Assembly: GCF_014384805.1 (NCBI RefSeq)
Contig: NZ_JACRSS010000001.1
Span: forward strand, 817,037 to 881,036
From: Guopingia tenuis
GTDB taxonomy: Bacteria; Bacillota; Clostridia; Christensenellales; Christensenellaceae
Direction: 5' to 3'
Length of the DNA stretch: 64,000 nucleotides
In this document: positions 11,397-22,513 of the stretch, one piece after another
Layout: the number at the start of each line of letters is the position of its first letter
Position numbering within the stretch: position 1 is the stretch's first letter
The notes under the pieces: generated by a model
What the model was told of the DNA's origin: nothing
Databases searched by the model: none
Seen by the model: the letters and a program-made list of their open reading frames with translations, nothing else
Position numbers and translations under genes: made by a program

Positions 11397-11614
11397 GCCG
11401 CCAGCCTTTTTTCAGGAACCATGCGGCTGATTTTTGCGGTGCAGCTTTTCAAAATATGCAAGAGTCCTTATCTCTATCCATAAACCCCGGCATGGTATTT
11501 TGCATGAAGCGGGCCGTTCGGTTTTTCGGCTGTTTCATTTGTCATATGCCAAAACAGGGTTCCGTCCCCCCTGAAGCACCCTGTTCATGAAATGTTTCCA
11601 TTTTTTCCGGCAGA

Positions 11615-12310
11615 ATGGATAGACTTCCCGCAAAAATTCTATATAATTTCTATATAATAAGAAAAAAGTTTGGATTATCCGTCCAGCAGGAGGGCCTTTT
11701 GCGAATAGAGATAAAAGAATTAAAGAAGGCGGATCACAAAAAAGCCGCAGCCTTTGCCATCACCGGGATGCACTTTCACTGGTATGTAGACAGCCGTCCG
11801 CTGCTGCAGCTATATGGAAAATATTTTTGGAATATGGAAATTACCCGCGCCACGCAGATTCTCGCCGCTTATGAGGGCGATACGCTGGTGGGCGTGCTGC
11901 TGGCAGAAATATACGGGGAGAAAAAGGCATATCCATCCTTTGGCAAGTCGTTGTATGTGAAAATGTTTGATACCCTGCTGCGGCTCTTTTCCAAGGAGGG
12001 CGCCGGCCTATATGAGCAAACCAATCGTTCCATGCTTTGCAAATACAAAGAAACATGGGTTCCAGATGGAGAAATTATTTTTTTAGCCGCCGATCCGGGC
12101 AGCCAGGGCAAAGGGATTGGAAGCGCACTGCTCAAGGAGCTTGCGCGGAGAGAACAGGGCAAAAGGATCTTTTTGTTTACCGACGACGCCTGCACCTATT
12201 CCTTCTATGACCGCCGGGAATTCCGGCGGGCAGCGGAAACCAAAATCGTCCTGAATATGGGCAGAAAAACCGTCCCTCTGCGATGCTTCCTCTATGACAA
12301 AGTTCTATAG
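11615..12310 (+). CDS. GNAT-family N-acetyltransferase. The start is uncertain; a TTG at 11699 has a GGAGGG RBS, only 4 nt upstream.
   Basis: Acetyl-CoA binding motif ...IFLAADPGSQGKGIGSALLKEL.... Confidence 0.6.
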   Translation: MDRLPAKILYNFYIIRKKFGLSVQQEGLLRIEIKELKKADHKKAAAFAITGMHFHWYVDSRPLLQLYGKYFWNMEITRATQILAAYEGDTLVGVLLAEIYGEKKAYPSFGKSLYVKMFDTLLRLFSKEGAGLYEQTNRSMLCKYKETWVPDGEIIFLAADPGSQGKGIGSALLKELARREQGKRIFLFTDDACTYSFYDRREFRRAAETKIVLNMGRKTVPLRCFLYDKVL

Positions 12311-12363
12311 CCGCCGTCCCCGGCAATTTAGAAGTTCTATCCCCGGTTCAGAAAAGCCTCCCG

Positions 12364-12389
12364 CCCCGAAAAGGTTTCGGGGCTTTTTT
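12364..12389 (+). terminator. Rho-independent terminator
   Basis: CCCCGAAA-AGG-TTTCGGGG followed by CTTTTTTG. Confidence 0.6.
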
Positions 12390-12678
12390 GTGTCTCATCT
12401 CTCTGCCGGAAGCAAAACCGCCCATCCCTTCCTTTCCCATAGAAAAAAAGGTTTTTGCCGCCGGTAAGGTTCGGTTTTCCTCCCATGCGCGGCAGGCAAA
12501 AAAGCTGTTTCCCTTCCCTGCTCTTTCTCGGATCTTTCGGCATTCTCCTTTCCATTTCATCCGTCTCGCTGGCAGACGCTGCGCACCAGTTTCTATTGTC
12601 ACTCCGTCCAGGAGCCTTTTTGTGGAACCAGGTTCCCGGATGGGGTTTGTCTCATCGTCGTTTTTCCCATAAGCCTAA

Positions 12679-12712
12679 AACAGGGAAAGCCTTTTCGCTT
12701 TCCCTGTTTTTC
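12679..12712 (-). terminator. Terminator downstream of the patatin gene (bidirectional hairpin)
   Basis: AACAGGGAAAGC-cttttc-GCTTTCCCTGTT with flanking T/A runs. Confidence 0.5.
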
Positions 12713-12755
12713 GCATATAACCCGCCATATTTTTATAAAGCAGGTGCGCTGGCCT

Positions 12756-13616
12756 TTATGCTCCGTCTCCGCCCAGCAGCCGCCGGATCTCCGGGATTTT
12801 TTCCCGGGCCTCGCACTTTCCCCGGCGATAGGCAGCTTCCAGCTTACCCATATCCCTTTCAAACCGGCGCACCTCCAGGGCCGTTTTGGGCGCAATGACC
12901 ACCGCGCGCCCTTCTTTCTCCCATCGGGCCGCCAGCGCCTGTTCCTCTGCATAGATCTCATGGCGGCGGTCCAAAAGCCGGATCATGGCCGGATATCTGC
13001 GAAATGCCCGCTTATAATACCACCGCAGCTTCTCAGGCGGCTTCACATAATCCCGGGGCCGTGTCAGCACTACGACCGCCCGCTGGCAGCCGTCCTCTGC
13101 AGCCTTTTGCAGGGGAATGGGGTCCGACGTTCCTCCGTCCAGATATTTCCGGCCGCAGTATTCCACCATAGGGGAGAAACAGGGGATGGCGGACGACGCC
13201 CGCACTACCGTGCAGTCGTGATCCAGGTGCTCTTTGCCGAAATAGGCGGGTTTCCCGGTTTCTACGTCCGTCACCCCCACCACATATTCCGCCGCAGCCG
13301 CCTGAAAGGCATCGTAATCAAAGGGGTCGAGCTCATGGGGGATGGTGTCAAAAATATAATTCATCCCAAACATGGATTTTTCTTTTAAAAGCGGATACAG
13401 CCCGCAATACCGCTTATCTCTGGTATAGGCCGTGTTTATGCGGTATCCCCGCCCGGTCTGGCCGGAGACATAGGACAGGCCGTTGCAGGCGCCCGCAGAA
13501 ACCCCGATCACATAGGGGAACCGAATATTTTCCTCTTCCAGCGCGTCCAGTACCCCCACGGTATAGAGGCCGCGAAAGCCGCCGCCCTCCAACACCAATC
13601 CAGTTTTCATATCCAA
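12756..13616 (-). CDS. Patatin-like phospholipase, 286 aa
   Basis: LVLEGGGFRGLYTVGVLDAL oxyanion motif and GVSAG (G-x-S-x-G) nucleophile motif. Confidence 0.85.
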   Translation of the reverse strand: MDMKTGLVLEGGGFRGLYTVGVLDALEEENIRFPYVIGVSAGACNGLSYVSGQTGRGYRINTAYTRDKRYCGLYPLLKEKSMFGMNYIFDTIPHELDPFDYDAFQAAAAEYVVGVTDVETGKPAYFGKEHLDHDCTVVRASSAIPCFSPMVEYCGRKYLDGGTSDPIPLQKAAEDGCQRAVVVLTRPRDYVKPPEKLRWYYKRAFRRYPAMIRLLDRRHEIYAEEQALAARWEKEGRAVVIAPKTALEVRRFERDMGKLEAAYRRGKCEAREKIPEIRRLLGGDGA

Positions 13617-13625
13617 TCCTTCTTT

Positions 13626-14426
13626 CTATTCTTCCCCAGGCATTCCCTCAAACTGCAGCCGCCCCGTCACCTCGCCAAAGGTCACGGGGATGCGCTTTCC
13701 TCCCGCTTCCAGCAGCAGATCCCCGGTTTCCGAAACCCCGATGCATATCCCGCATACCGTATGCGGAACGGATGCCGTGACCTCCCGCCCAGTGAGCAGG
13801 GAATGCTGCATATATTCCTCCCGCATGGCGGCAAATCCTTTTTCCATAAACTGCGCCATGCGCCGGTCCATCTGCTTTTTCAGCCGCCAGGCGATCTCCG
13901 CCCGGTCGCTTTCCTTCCCGGTAACGTTCCAAAGGGAAACCGCCCGGTTCTCTACCTCCGCCGGAAATTCTCTCTGGTTGACGTTGATGCCGATGCCCGC
14001 CACAATATAGGGAATCCTCTCTCCCCGGCAGACGGTTTCCACCAAAATCCCGCAGACTTTTTTCCCTTTTATATAGATATCGTTGGGCCACTTGATGGAG
14101 GCCGGAACATCGAAGTCCGCCAAAGTGTCGCAAACTGCCAGAGCCACTGCCAGCGTCACTGGGGCCAGCCGCTCGGGCGGCATGGTATTTTCATAGGCAA
14201 AGGAGACATAGAGGTTCCCCTCAGGGGATACCCAATGGCGCCCCAGGCGTCCTCTCCCCGCTGTCTGCCGGAGAGCGCAGGCCATGAGCTTTCCGCATTC
14301 CGGCGCTTTCTCCTTGGCAAAACGGTTGGTGGAATCCACTTCTTCCAGACAAAAAAGGGCGGTGTCCCTCTCCCGCCGCATCTTCTCCTTCAGGGATGCA
14401 AAATATCCCGCCTGTTCCATTATCAT
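13626..14426 (-). CDS. birA: Biotin--[acetyl-CoA-carboxylase] ligase BirA, 266 aa. An alternative start at 14420 has better RBS spacing.
   Basis: QTAGRGRLGRHWVSPEGNLYVS biotin/ATP-binding signature. Confidence 0.85.
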   Translation of the reverse strand: MIMEQAGYFASLKEKMRRERDTALFCLEEVDSTNRFAKEKAPECGKLMACALRQTAGRGRLGRHWVSPEGNLYVSFAYENTMPPERLAPVTLAVALAVCDTLADFDVPASIKWPNDIYIKGKKVCGILVETVCRGERIPYIVAGIGINVNQREFPAEVENRAVSLWNVTGKESDRAEIAWRLKKQMDRRMAQFMEKGFAAMREEYMQHSLLTGREVTASVPHTVCGICIGVSETGDLLLEAGGKRIPVTFGEVTGRLQFEGMPGEE

Positions 14427-15043
14427 TCATCCTCTCCATTGCGCAGCAGCTCGGCAGCGTCCCCATAGGAAAAACCCTTGCGCAAAAGCGCCTGATAGAT
14501 GCGCTGCCGCCGCTTTTCTTTGGGAAGGCTGTCGTATTTTTCCCGCAACTTGGCCACCAGGCCAGCCGCCGCTTCTCTCTCTGCCTCCCGGGAAAACTCC
14601 ACGGAGGCGTCGATAACCTCCCGGGAAATCCCCTTTTCCATCAGCTTGCTCCGGATCGCCGCCGCTCCCAACTTGGCGCTGTAGCACCGGGCGAACTCCC
14701 GGGCATAGGCCGCGTCGTCGATATAGCCGTATTCCTCCATGGTGGCAAGAGCCGCCTCCGCGCTCTCTGCGTCGATTCCCTTGCGCAGAAGATGGCTGCG
14801 CACCTGCGAGCGCGTCCGGGGCGCATAACCCAGATAATCCGCCGCCAGCTCCTTGGCATATTTGCGGGTATCCTCCTGCCGCAGCTTTTCCAGCAGCCCC
14901 TCCTCCAAAATCATCCCCGCCCGGATATGGTGCTTCACGATGGTTTCCGCCGAAAGGGAAAGGAGATAGCCCTCGTCGGTGATGATATTGAACCGATTCT
15001 TTTTCCGCTTCTGGGGCTGAAGCTCGGTCACTTCCCAGCTCAT
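14423..15043 (-). CDS. recX: Recombination regulator RecX, 206 aa
   Basis: Three-repeat helical RecX-like sequence (YLGYAPRTRSQVRSHLLRKGID...). Overlaps both neighbours by 4 nt, so it is operonic. Confidence 0.8.
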   Translation of the reverse strand: MSWEVTELQPQKRKKNRFNIITDEGYLLSLSAETIVKHHIRAGMILEEGLLEKLRQEDTRKYAKELAADYLGYAPRTRSQVRSHLLRKGIDAESAEAALATMEEYGYIDDAAYAREFARCYSAKLGAAAIRSKLMEKGISREVIDASVEFSREAEREAAAGLVAKLREKYDSLPKEKRRQRIYQALLRKGFSYGDAAELLRNGEDE

Positions 15044-15834
15044 TGCCCCGCCGCCTTTGCAATATTGGCCGCATGCTCCACATCCGCGATATTCCCGATA
15101 TCCGACGTACTCCCGGAAAAATAGAGGCAGACCGAGCCGGACATCTGTCCGTTTTTCAGCGTATCATTGGCGTTGGGCATGCCAAACATGGAAGCGGCAT
15201 ATTTCTTTCCATTGATGGAAACCAGCATCGGCCGTTTTTCCCAGGAATACCCGCCGCCAAAACTCTTCATAAAGTTCACCTGGGATTCCTTGTCCGCCGT
15301 CTGTACATCGGCGTGATTCGTCCCGCCCGTCCGGGTTACCCGGAAGGTGCGCAGCGTGTTGAAATCCGTGACCGTCACCGTTTCTCCCACGGGGAAAATC
15401 ACATCAATCTCGGCCCAGCTGGAAAGCTCGCCATATTCGCTGGGGGTGGCCAGCAACCCCGCGCCCACCGTCCGGGGGATGGTTTCATTCAGCGGCGCCC
15501 GCACAATGCCCGCGTCATAGAGATGGGAGTAGGTATCCTCCCCCACCATGCCGTCCTTTGCGATGTTGTTGCGCTCCTGGAACCGCAGGATTCCCTGATA
15601 GGTCATGTCGCCATAGCTGGCGGTGGGCCGGAAATGAAGATATCCCAGGTCTACCATCCGCTGCTGGATGATATAGACAGCGTCGCCCGCGTCTCCCTTC
15701 GTGATGGGGAAATTGTCCGCCATGGCCGCTAATGCGATGCCGGGTACCAGAACCGCCAATGCCGCCAGACAGGCCCACCGTTTCTTTCTCTCCATTGTCC
15801 GTCTCCTTTCCGCCATTTTTTTCGATTGTATCAC
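15040..15834 (-). CDS. Secreted peptidoglycan-binding domain protein, 264 aa
   Basis: Signal/TM stretch (WACLAALAVLVPGIALA) followed by a PG_binding_1 repeat (VYIIQQRMVDLGY...YQGILRFQERNNIAKDGMVGEDT). The C-terminal domain is unassigned. Confidence 0.6.
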   Translation of the reverse strand: MIQSKKMAERRRTMERKKRWACLAALAVLVPGIALAAMADNFPITKGDAGDAVYIIQQRMVDLGYLHFRPTASYGDMTYQGILRFQERNNIAKDGMVGEDTYSHLYDAGIVRAPLNETIPRTVGAGLLATPSEYGELSSWAEIDVIFPVGETVTVTDFNTLRTFRVTRTGGTNHADVQTADKESQVNFMKSFGGGYSWEKRPMLVSINGKKYAASMFGMPNANDTLKNGQMSGSVCLYFSGSTSDIGNIADVEHAANIAKAAGQ

Positions 15835-15854
15835 ATCCCCGTTCCGAGTTCAAG

Positions 15855-15884
15855 TTGACGGCTCTGCGTCCCGGCCGCTATAAT
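15855..15884 (+). promoter_or_regulatory. Near-consensus sigma-A promoter of cobO
   Basis: TTGACG-18 nt-TATAAT, 26 nt upstream of the ATG. Confidence 0.5.
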
Positions 15885-15909
15885 AGAAGACAAAAGAAAG
15901 GAACCGGAA

Positions 15910-16434
15910 ATGGAAAAAAGCTGTATTCATCTGTATTATGGCGATGGAAAAGGAAAGACAACAGCCGCCCTTGGGGCGCTGCTCCGGGCCCACGGCGCCG
16001 GAAAGAAGGTGTTTCTCTGCCAGTTTTTCAAGGCCGGCGATTCTTCGGAAATCTCCGTGCTGGCCTCTCTTGGAATCCCCGTGCTTCATTCTTCTCCCAC
16101 AGGCAAGTTTCTCTGGAACATGACTCCCGGGGAAAAACAGGATTTTTTCCGCCGCCAGGCAGACTGCTTTTCCCGTGCCCGGGAATGGATCCTTTCCGGG
16201 GAATATGGAATGGCCGTTCTGGATGAGGGCCTGGACGCCCTGCAGGAAGGCATTTTTTCTGAGGAAGCGCTGCTTGCTCTGCTGAAAGAACGGGGCGGCT
16301 GCGAAATCCTTCTGACAGGGCGCAGGCCCACGCCCGCCCTTTTTCGCCAAAGCCACTATGCCACCCGGATGGAATGCGAAAAACATCCCTTTGCGGATGA
16401 GCACCTCTCCGCCCGGCGGGGCATCGAATATTGA
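15910..16434 (+). CDS. cobO: Cob(I)yrinic acid a,c-diamide adenosyltransferase (CobA/CobO/BtuR type), 174 aa
   Basis: P-loop-like HLYYGDGKGKTTAALG and overall size typical of CobA. Confidence 0.8.
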   Translation: MEKSCIHLYYGDGKGKTTAALGALLRAHGAGKKVFLCQFFKAGDSSEISVLASLGIPVLHSSPTGKFLWNMTPGEKQDFFRRQADCFSRAREWILSGEYGMAVLDEGLDALQEGIFSEEALLALLKERGGCEILLTGRRPTPALFRQSHYATRMECEKHPFADEHLSARRGIEY

Positions 16435-16446
16435 GGAATCTTATAT

Positions 16447-16773
16447 ATGAAAAAACTATGGAAGCACCTGCTCATTTATTTCTGCATTGCCCTCTGCCTG
16501 TTCTATCTTCTGCCCTGGATCGGCACGTCGGCCGGCGCCAGCCTCTCCTTTATGCTGGTCACGCTGCTGCTCATCAATCCGCTGTTTTGTCTGGCCAGCG
16601 GCATCATCTTCTCCTTGACCGCCGGTTTTTCTCTCTATCTTCCCCTGCTCCTGGGCCTGTCCTTTCTCCCCAGCGTCTTTCTGTTCTATAACGAAACCGC
16701 GTTGCTCTATGCCCTGCTCTATTTCGGCCTCGCCCTTCTGGGAAGCTGCACGGGGCCGCTGTTTCGGCGGTGA
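16447..16773 (+). CDS. Small integral membrane protein, 108 aa
   Basis: Three to four hydrophobic helices. RBS GAGGAA. Follows cobO after 12 nt. Confidence 0.5.
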   Translation: MKKLWKHLLIYFCIALCLFYLLPWIGTSAGASLSFMLVTLLLINPLFCLASGIIFSLTAGFSLYLPLLLGLSFLPSVFLFYNETALLYALLYFGLALLGSCTGPLFRR

Positions 16774-17195
16774 TAGGAGTCTGCTGCTTAAATATGCCCG
16801 TCTCCTATTTCCCATTTTAAAGACAGCATAGGCCGGCCGCCAGGGAGGTTGCCGCGCCGGAATAATACATGAGAGCCGTCATATTTTTCTCTCCTGTGCG
16901 TTTTCTCTATATTCCTTTCCTGCCCGCCCGGATGCTGCTTTTCAAAAAATTTATGATATCAGGATACGTCATGTATTCTGTTTTCGGCTAAGTACAGAAA
17001 AATTCTCATTCGTGCAGATTCCCTCATTTTTTAATGAAAGTCCGTCCCGTGTTCTGCTTTGGATTGTCTTTTTTATTTTCTTTCGTAATCCATCCCATCT
17101 GCTCTCTCCTCTCTCGTTTGGTTTGGCATGATTTTTTCCACCATTCCGCCCTCTTTTTCTGAATCAACCAATGCGCGATTTTCTAAATACGAAAA

Positions 17196-17222
17196 AAACG
17201 CCACGGAAATTCCGCGGCATTT
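17196..17222. terminator. Imperfect hairpin with flanking A-run and T-run, downstream of deoC
   Basis: GCCACGG-AAATT-CCGCGGC followed by ATTTTTT. Confidence 0.3.
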
Positions 17223-17246
17223 TTTGTCTGATGTCGTTTTCGGTTC

Positions 17247-17924
17247 TTAGTCGCAGCCCAGCTCGTGCATGACATCGATTGCCTTCTGGTATCCCATGCC
17301 AATGCGCTCCACGCCCATATCCAAGAGTTCTTCCACCATAGCCGCGCCCTTGACGCCGCCCGAGCACTTCACCTTACAGTTGGTGCCCTCCACATATTTG
17401 AGCATGTTCTCCACCATGGGAATAGTCGCCGGGCCAAAGAATCCGGTGCCCGTCTTGACATAATCCATCTTGGCCGCCGCCACCAGCTGGCAGGCACGCT
17501 TGAGTTCATCTTCGGTCAGCGTGGGGGACTCGATGATGACCTTCAGGGGCACGGTGATGACCTTGCGGATCTCTTCCAGCTCTTTTAAAACCAGATCGTC
17601 CATTCCCGAGCGCAGCCATCCCAGGTTCATGTTCATGTCGATTTCATCTACACCCAGGTTCATGTTGTATTTTCCAGAAAAGATCTTTACTTCCGTCGGA
17701 TCCACGCCGGTTCCAAACAGAACCATGCTGCCGCCTACCATAGTCTTATATCCCTTCAGCTGCTCGATCAGATAGGGATAGAAGCATTTCAGGCCATAGC
17801 AGATTTTGAAGTCATACTTTTTGCAAGCATCCACCATTTTGGGCATGTCGGCAAAGCTGGCCTGATGGTTGATGGCAACCACCTCTAAATGATCCGCAAT
17901 TTCTTTGGGCGTTCTCTTACTCAT
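17247..17924 (-). CDS. deoC: Deoxyribose-phosphate aldolase (DeoC family), 225 aa
   Basis: DYVKTGTGF Schiff-base lysine motif region. Size matches DeoC. AAGGAG RBS. Confidence 0.75.
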   Translation of the reverse strand: MSKRTPKEIADHLEVVAINHQASFADMPKMVDACKKYDFKICYGLKCFYPYLIEQLKGYKTMVGGSMVLFGTGVDPTEVKIFSGKYNMNLGVDEIDMNMNLGWLRSGMDDLVLKELEEIRKVITVPLKVIIESPTLTEDELKRACQLVAAAKMDYVKTGTGFFGPATIPMVENMLKYVEGTNCKVKCSGGVKGAAMVEELLDMGVERIGMGYQKAIDVMHELGCD

Positions 17925-18561
17925 CGCTGATTTCTCCTTCTAATTTCCATAATTTCTATGGTTGGAAACGGCTTTTGTTATATTTTCGCCGCTTTCATCC
18001 TTATTCGTGTTTAATATAGTCCTAAATTAACATTTTGTCAAGCCGTCTTCAGCCGTTTTCTCGCAGCACTTCATTTTCTTTTTATAGCAGCGGCGGATCA
18101 TGGAATATCCGATACCGGCCAGGATCAAACCGCCACTTGCTTTTGGCGCTTTCATGTTGTCCCGTATTCCCGGCATGCCGCCTCCCTCTATATGCTATTT
18201 TAGCAAGCCCGGAGTTTTTTTGCATCTCCTTTTTTCATGTCTGACATCTGCATGACTAGACCTATAGATGTCCGGGTTTGTTCAGCATTTCAATCTATAA
18301 GCGATGCTTATGCGGCTGCGCTGTTCTCCCCTTCCGGTCTATCCCCATATAAAAAGCATCGCTTTCGGGGTAATCCCGGGGCCTTCCGCCGCAAAATCCA
18401 GCGTATAGCAAATGGGGCAGATGTATTCCGCTCTATCCGCCTTTCATCTCCCAACAGCTCTTTCATGCAAGCCGCATCTTCTAATTTTCCAGGGGATGGG
18501 GTATACTGATAACAAACTCCGGGAAGCTGACCTGAGGGCTCCCCGGCTGAAAGGATATTTT

Positions 18562-19896
18562 ATGCAAGCAAAAAGAGAAAAATACGGCCTCATCACTTCC
18601 ATCACCATGATCATCGGCATCTGCATCGGCTCCGGCATTTTTTTCAAGAGCGACAATGTCCTCGCCGCCACCGGCGGAAGCGTCCCGCTGGGCATATTGG
18701 TGTTTGCCATTGCCGCCATCTCCATTGTCTTTGGCGGGCTGGCCGTCAGCGAGCTTGCCTCCCGCACGGACAAGCCCGGCGGGATCATTGCCTATAGCGA
18801 GGAATTCGTCTCCCGGCGGTTCGCCTGCTGCATCGGCTGGTTCCAGACTCTCGTCTACTATCCCGCCCTCATCGCCGTGGTCTCCTGGGTTATCGGGGTC
18901 TATTTCTGCATCCTTTTTGCCATCCCGGCTTCCTTTCCCGTGCAGCTTGCCATCGGGGTCGGGTTCTATGCGGCAAGTTACCTATTAAATACTTTCGCGC
19001 CAAAAGCGGGCGGCGCCATGCAGAATATCACCACACTTCTCAAACTGGTTCCCCTGGTCGTCATTGCCGTGCTCGGTCTGGCCTTTGGCGATCCCCTCCG
19101 GGGAATCTCCCAGACTGCGCCTGCCCAGCTGCAAACGGCCGGCTGGCTTTCCGCCATCGGCCCCGTGGCCTTTTCCTATGACGGATGGATTGTCTCCACA
19201 TCCATTTCCCATGAAATCCGGGACGCCAAGCGCAATCTGCCAAAGGCGCTGGTTCTGGCGCCGCTTCTTGTCATGCTGGTCTATATTCTGTATTTCACTG
19301 GCGTTGCCAGTCTGCTTCCCGCCAACGAGATCATCGTTTTGGGAGACGACCATGTGGCCGCCATCGCCCGGAATCTTCTGGGGGATATGGGGGCGCGCGT
19401 CATTCTCATCTTTATCATCATTTCTGTTGTGGGCACGGTCAACGGCCTTGTTCTGGGCTTTATCCGCCAGCCCTATTCCCTGGCGCTGGACGGGAAGCTC
19501 TTTCCCGGTTCCAAAAGGCTGGCCCGCATCCATCCCAAATGGAACATGCCGCTGGCCTCTTCCCTGCTGGCTTTCAGCCTCTGCCTGTTTTGGAGTGCGG
19601 CTCATTATTTCACCCACTCTTTTGATCTTTTGCCCAATTCAGATGTCTCAGAGATCTCCATTGCCCTCAACTATCTTCTATATACTGTCCTCTATGCCCA
19701 GGTGTTCCGTCTGTACCGCCGGGGCCTTATCAAAAGCCGGTGGAGAGGGATTATCGTTCCCCTTTTCGCCTTTCTCGGCTCTCTCATCGTCCTTTTGGGC
19801 AGCCTGCAAAACGCCCTGTTCCCCCTCTATGCGGGGTTCTGCCTGCTGGTGATTCTCGCGGCCTTTCTCTACTATCAAAAACGGCACCGGGAATAA
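18562..19896 (+). CDS. APC-superfamily amino-acid permease, 444 aa
   Basis: About 12 TM helices. N-terminal GLITSITMIIGICIGSGIF consensus. RBS AAAGGA. The ORF-track start at 18412 is an upstream extension. Confidence 0.85.
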   Translation: MQAKREKYGLITSITMIIGICIGSGIFFKSDNVLAATGGSVPLGILVFAIAAISIVFGGLAVSELASRTDKPGGIIAYSEEFVSRRFACCIGWFQTLVYYPALIAVVSWVIGVYFCILFAIPASFPVQLAIGVGFYAASYLLNTFAPKAGGAMQNITTLLKLVPLVVIAVLGLAFGDPLRGISQTAPAQLQTAGWLSAIGPVAFSYDGWIVSTSISHEIRDAKRNLPKALVLAPLLVMLVYILYFTGVASLLPANEIIVLGDDHVAAIARNLLGDMGARVILIFIIISVVGTVNGLVLGFIRQPYSLALDGKLFPGSKRLARIHPKWNMPLASSLLAFSLCLFWSAAHYFTHSFDLLPNSDVSEISIALNYLLYTVLYAQVFRLYRRGLIKSRWRGIIVPLFAFLGSLIVLLGSLQNALFPLYAGFCLLVILAAFLYYQKRHRE

Positions 19897-19959
19897 AATT
19901 TCCCACAAAAAAGACGGCTTGTACAGCCGTCTTTTCTCTTCATATTCCAAAGGGGAAAC

Positions 19960-21378
<1,419 letters not shown>

Positions 21379-21528
21379 TTATTATAGCAGTAATATGAAG
21401 TTTAGCAATAGGGAAAATGCAGGTTTTTATAAAAAAATCTATATTTCTTGCTTTTTTCATCAAAAAATATAGATTATTTTTGCAAATATGATATTTTGAT
21501 TTATCAAACTTTCAAAATCGCCGCGAAT

Positions 21529-22146
21529 TTACCACCTTCTCATGGTTTTCACAAGCTTGCCCAGGATCCGGATCTTATAGAGCGCTTCTGTCGGGAAAAA
21601 CTGGGCGGGATAGCTGGTGTTGAAAGGCTGAAGCAAAATGCCGCCGGCCTGCTTGAGTACACGCTTTAAGGAGCTCAGCTGGTTTTCGATCATAACCACG
21701 GCCACTTCCCCGTTTTCCACATCCTCCTGCAGATGGATAAGCGCCAGATCCCCTTCCATGATCTGCGGAGCCATGCTGTCTCCCTCCACATGCACAAAAA
21801 CATATTCCGCATCATAGTCGCCGTCGATATATTCATATCCCAGAAGTTCATCCTCGGTATACCCCTGGAACCCCGCCTTCACATGACTCACAATGGGGAC
21901 CTTTTTGATTTTTCCCATGAGGGCATTTCCCCGCCCATCCTGCTCCAGAAGCAGCTGGTCGGTGGTGATCCCAAACATTTTCGCCAGCATTCCGATGATA
22001 TCCGGGCAGGGAGTGGAGCGGTTGGCTTCCCATGCCGCCACAGTCTGCTGCCGGATGCCGATTTTCTCCGCCACTTCTTTCTGCGTCATTCCCGCTTTGG
22101 TGCGGTACATGTATAAATTGCGGCTGAATAAATCCGAATTGAGCAT
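21529..22146 (-). CDS. cI/LexA-like repressor (XRE helix-turn-helix plus S24 peptidase domain), 205 aa. It is an orphan: no phage genes lie nearby.
   Basis: HTH_3 motif MTQKEVAEKIGIRQQTVAAWE. S24 catalytic Ser in GDSMAPQI and Lys in LKRV. Confidence 0.8.
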   Translation of the reverse strand: MLNSDLFSRNLYMYRTKAGMTQKEVAEKIGIRQQTVAAWEANRSTPCPDIIGMLAKMFGITTDQLLLEQDGRGNALMGKIKKVPIVSHVKAGFQGYTEDELLGYEYIDGDYDAEYVFVHVEGDSMAPQIMEGDLALIHLQEDVENGEVAVVMIENQLSSLKRVLKQAGGILLQPFNTSYPAQFFPTEALYKIRILGKLVKTMRRW

Positions 22147-22359
22147 TAGCCTCTTCCTTTCTCTATAAACGATAAACACATGCGCCATTACGCTTTTGCC
22201 GGTTTGTCTGTTTTGTATTCATTTTTTCTCACCAGAAAATACTTACCATAAATTTACCATAACCGCAAGATTTTGTAAAGCCTTATTTTCAATTTATACA
22301 ACTCTCTTTGTGTATATTTGAAATGTTTTTGTCGTTTTTTGTTAATTTTATACGATAAA

Positions 22360-22374
22360 ACTATAATTTATAGT
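22360..22374. promoter_or_regulatory. 15-bp perfect palindrome ACTATAATTTATAGT, candidate operator upstream of the orphan cI-like repressor
   Basis: Located in the AT-rich region 215 nt upstream of the repressor start. It embeds a TATAAT. Confidence 0.35.
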
Positions 22375-22513
22375 TGAAAACCAACAAATCCCGCGGCTGG
22401 AAAAAATATCCGTTTGTATACGCCCCGGAAAATTCCTGCCCGCCTGCTGGAACATTGGGGAAAACCGTGTTATGATAAAAATATCAAATTTATACTCCAA
22501 AAGGAGGCTTGTT

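Noticed and set aside
16774-17246. 470-nt convergent intergenic region between the membrane-protein gene and deoC
   Set aside because: No ORF with an RBS was found, and no recognisable riboswitch or sRNA motif. It may hold an sRNA, but there is no evidence from the sequence alone.
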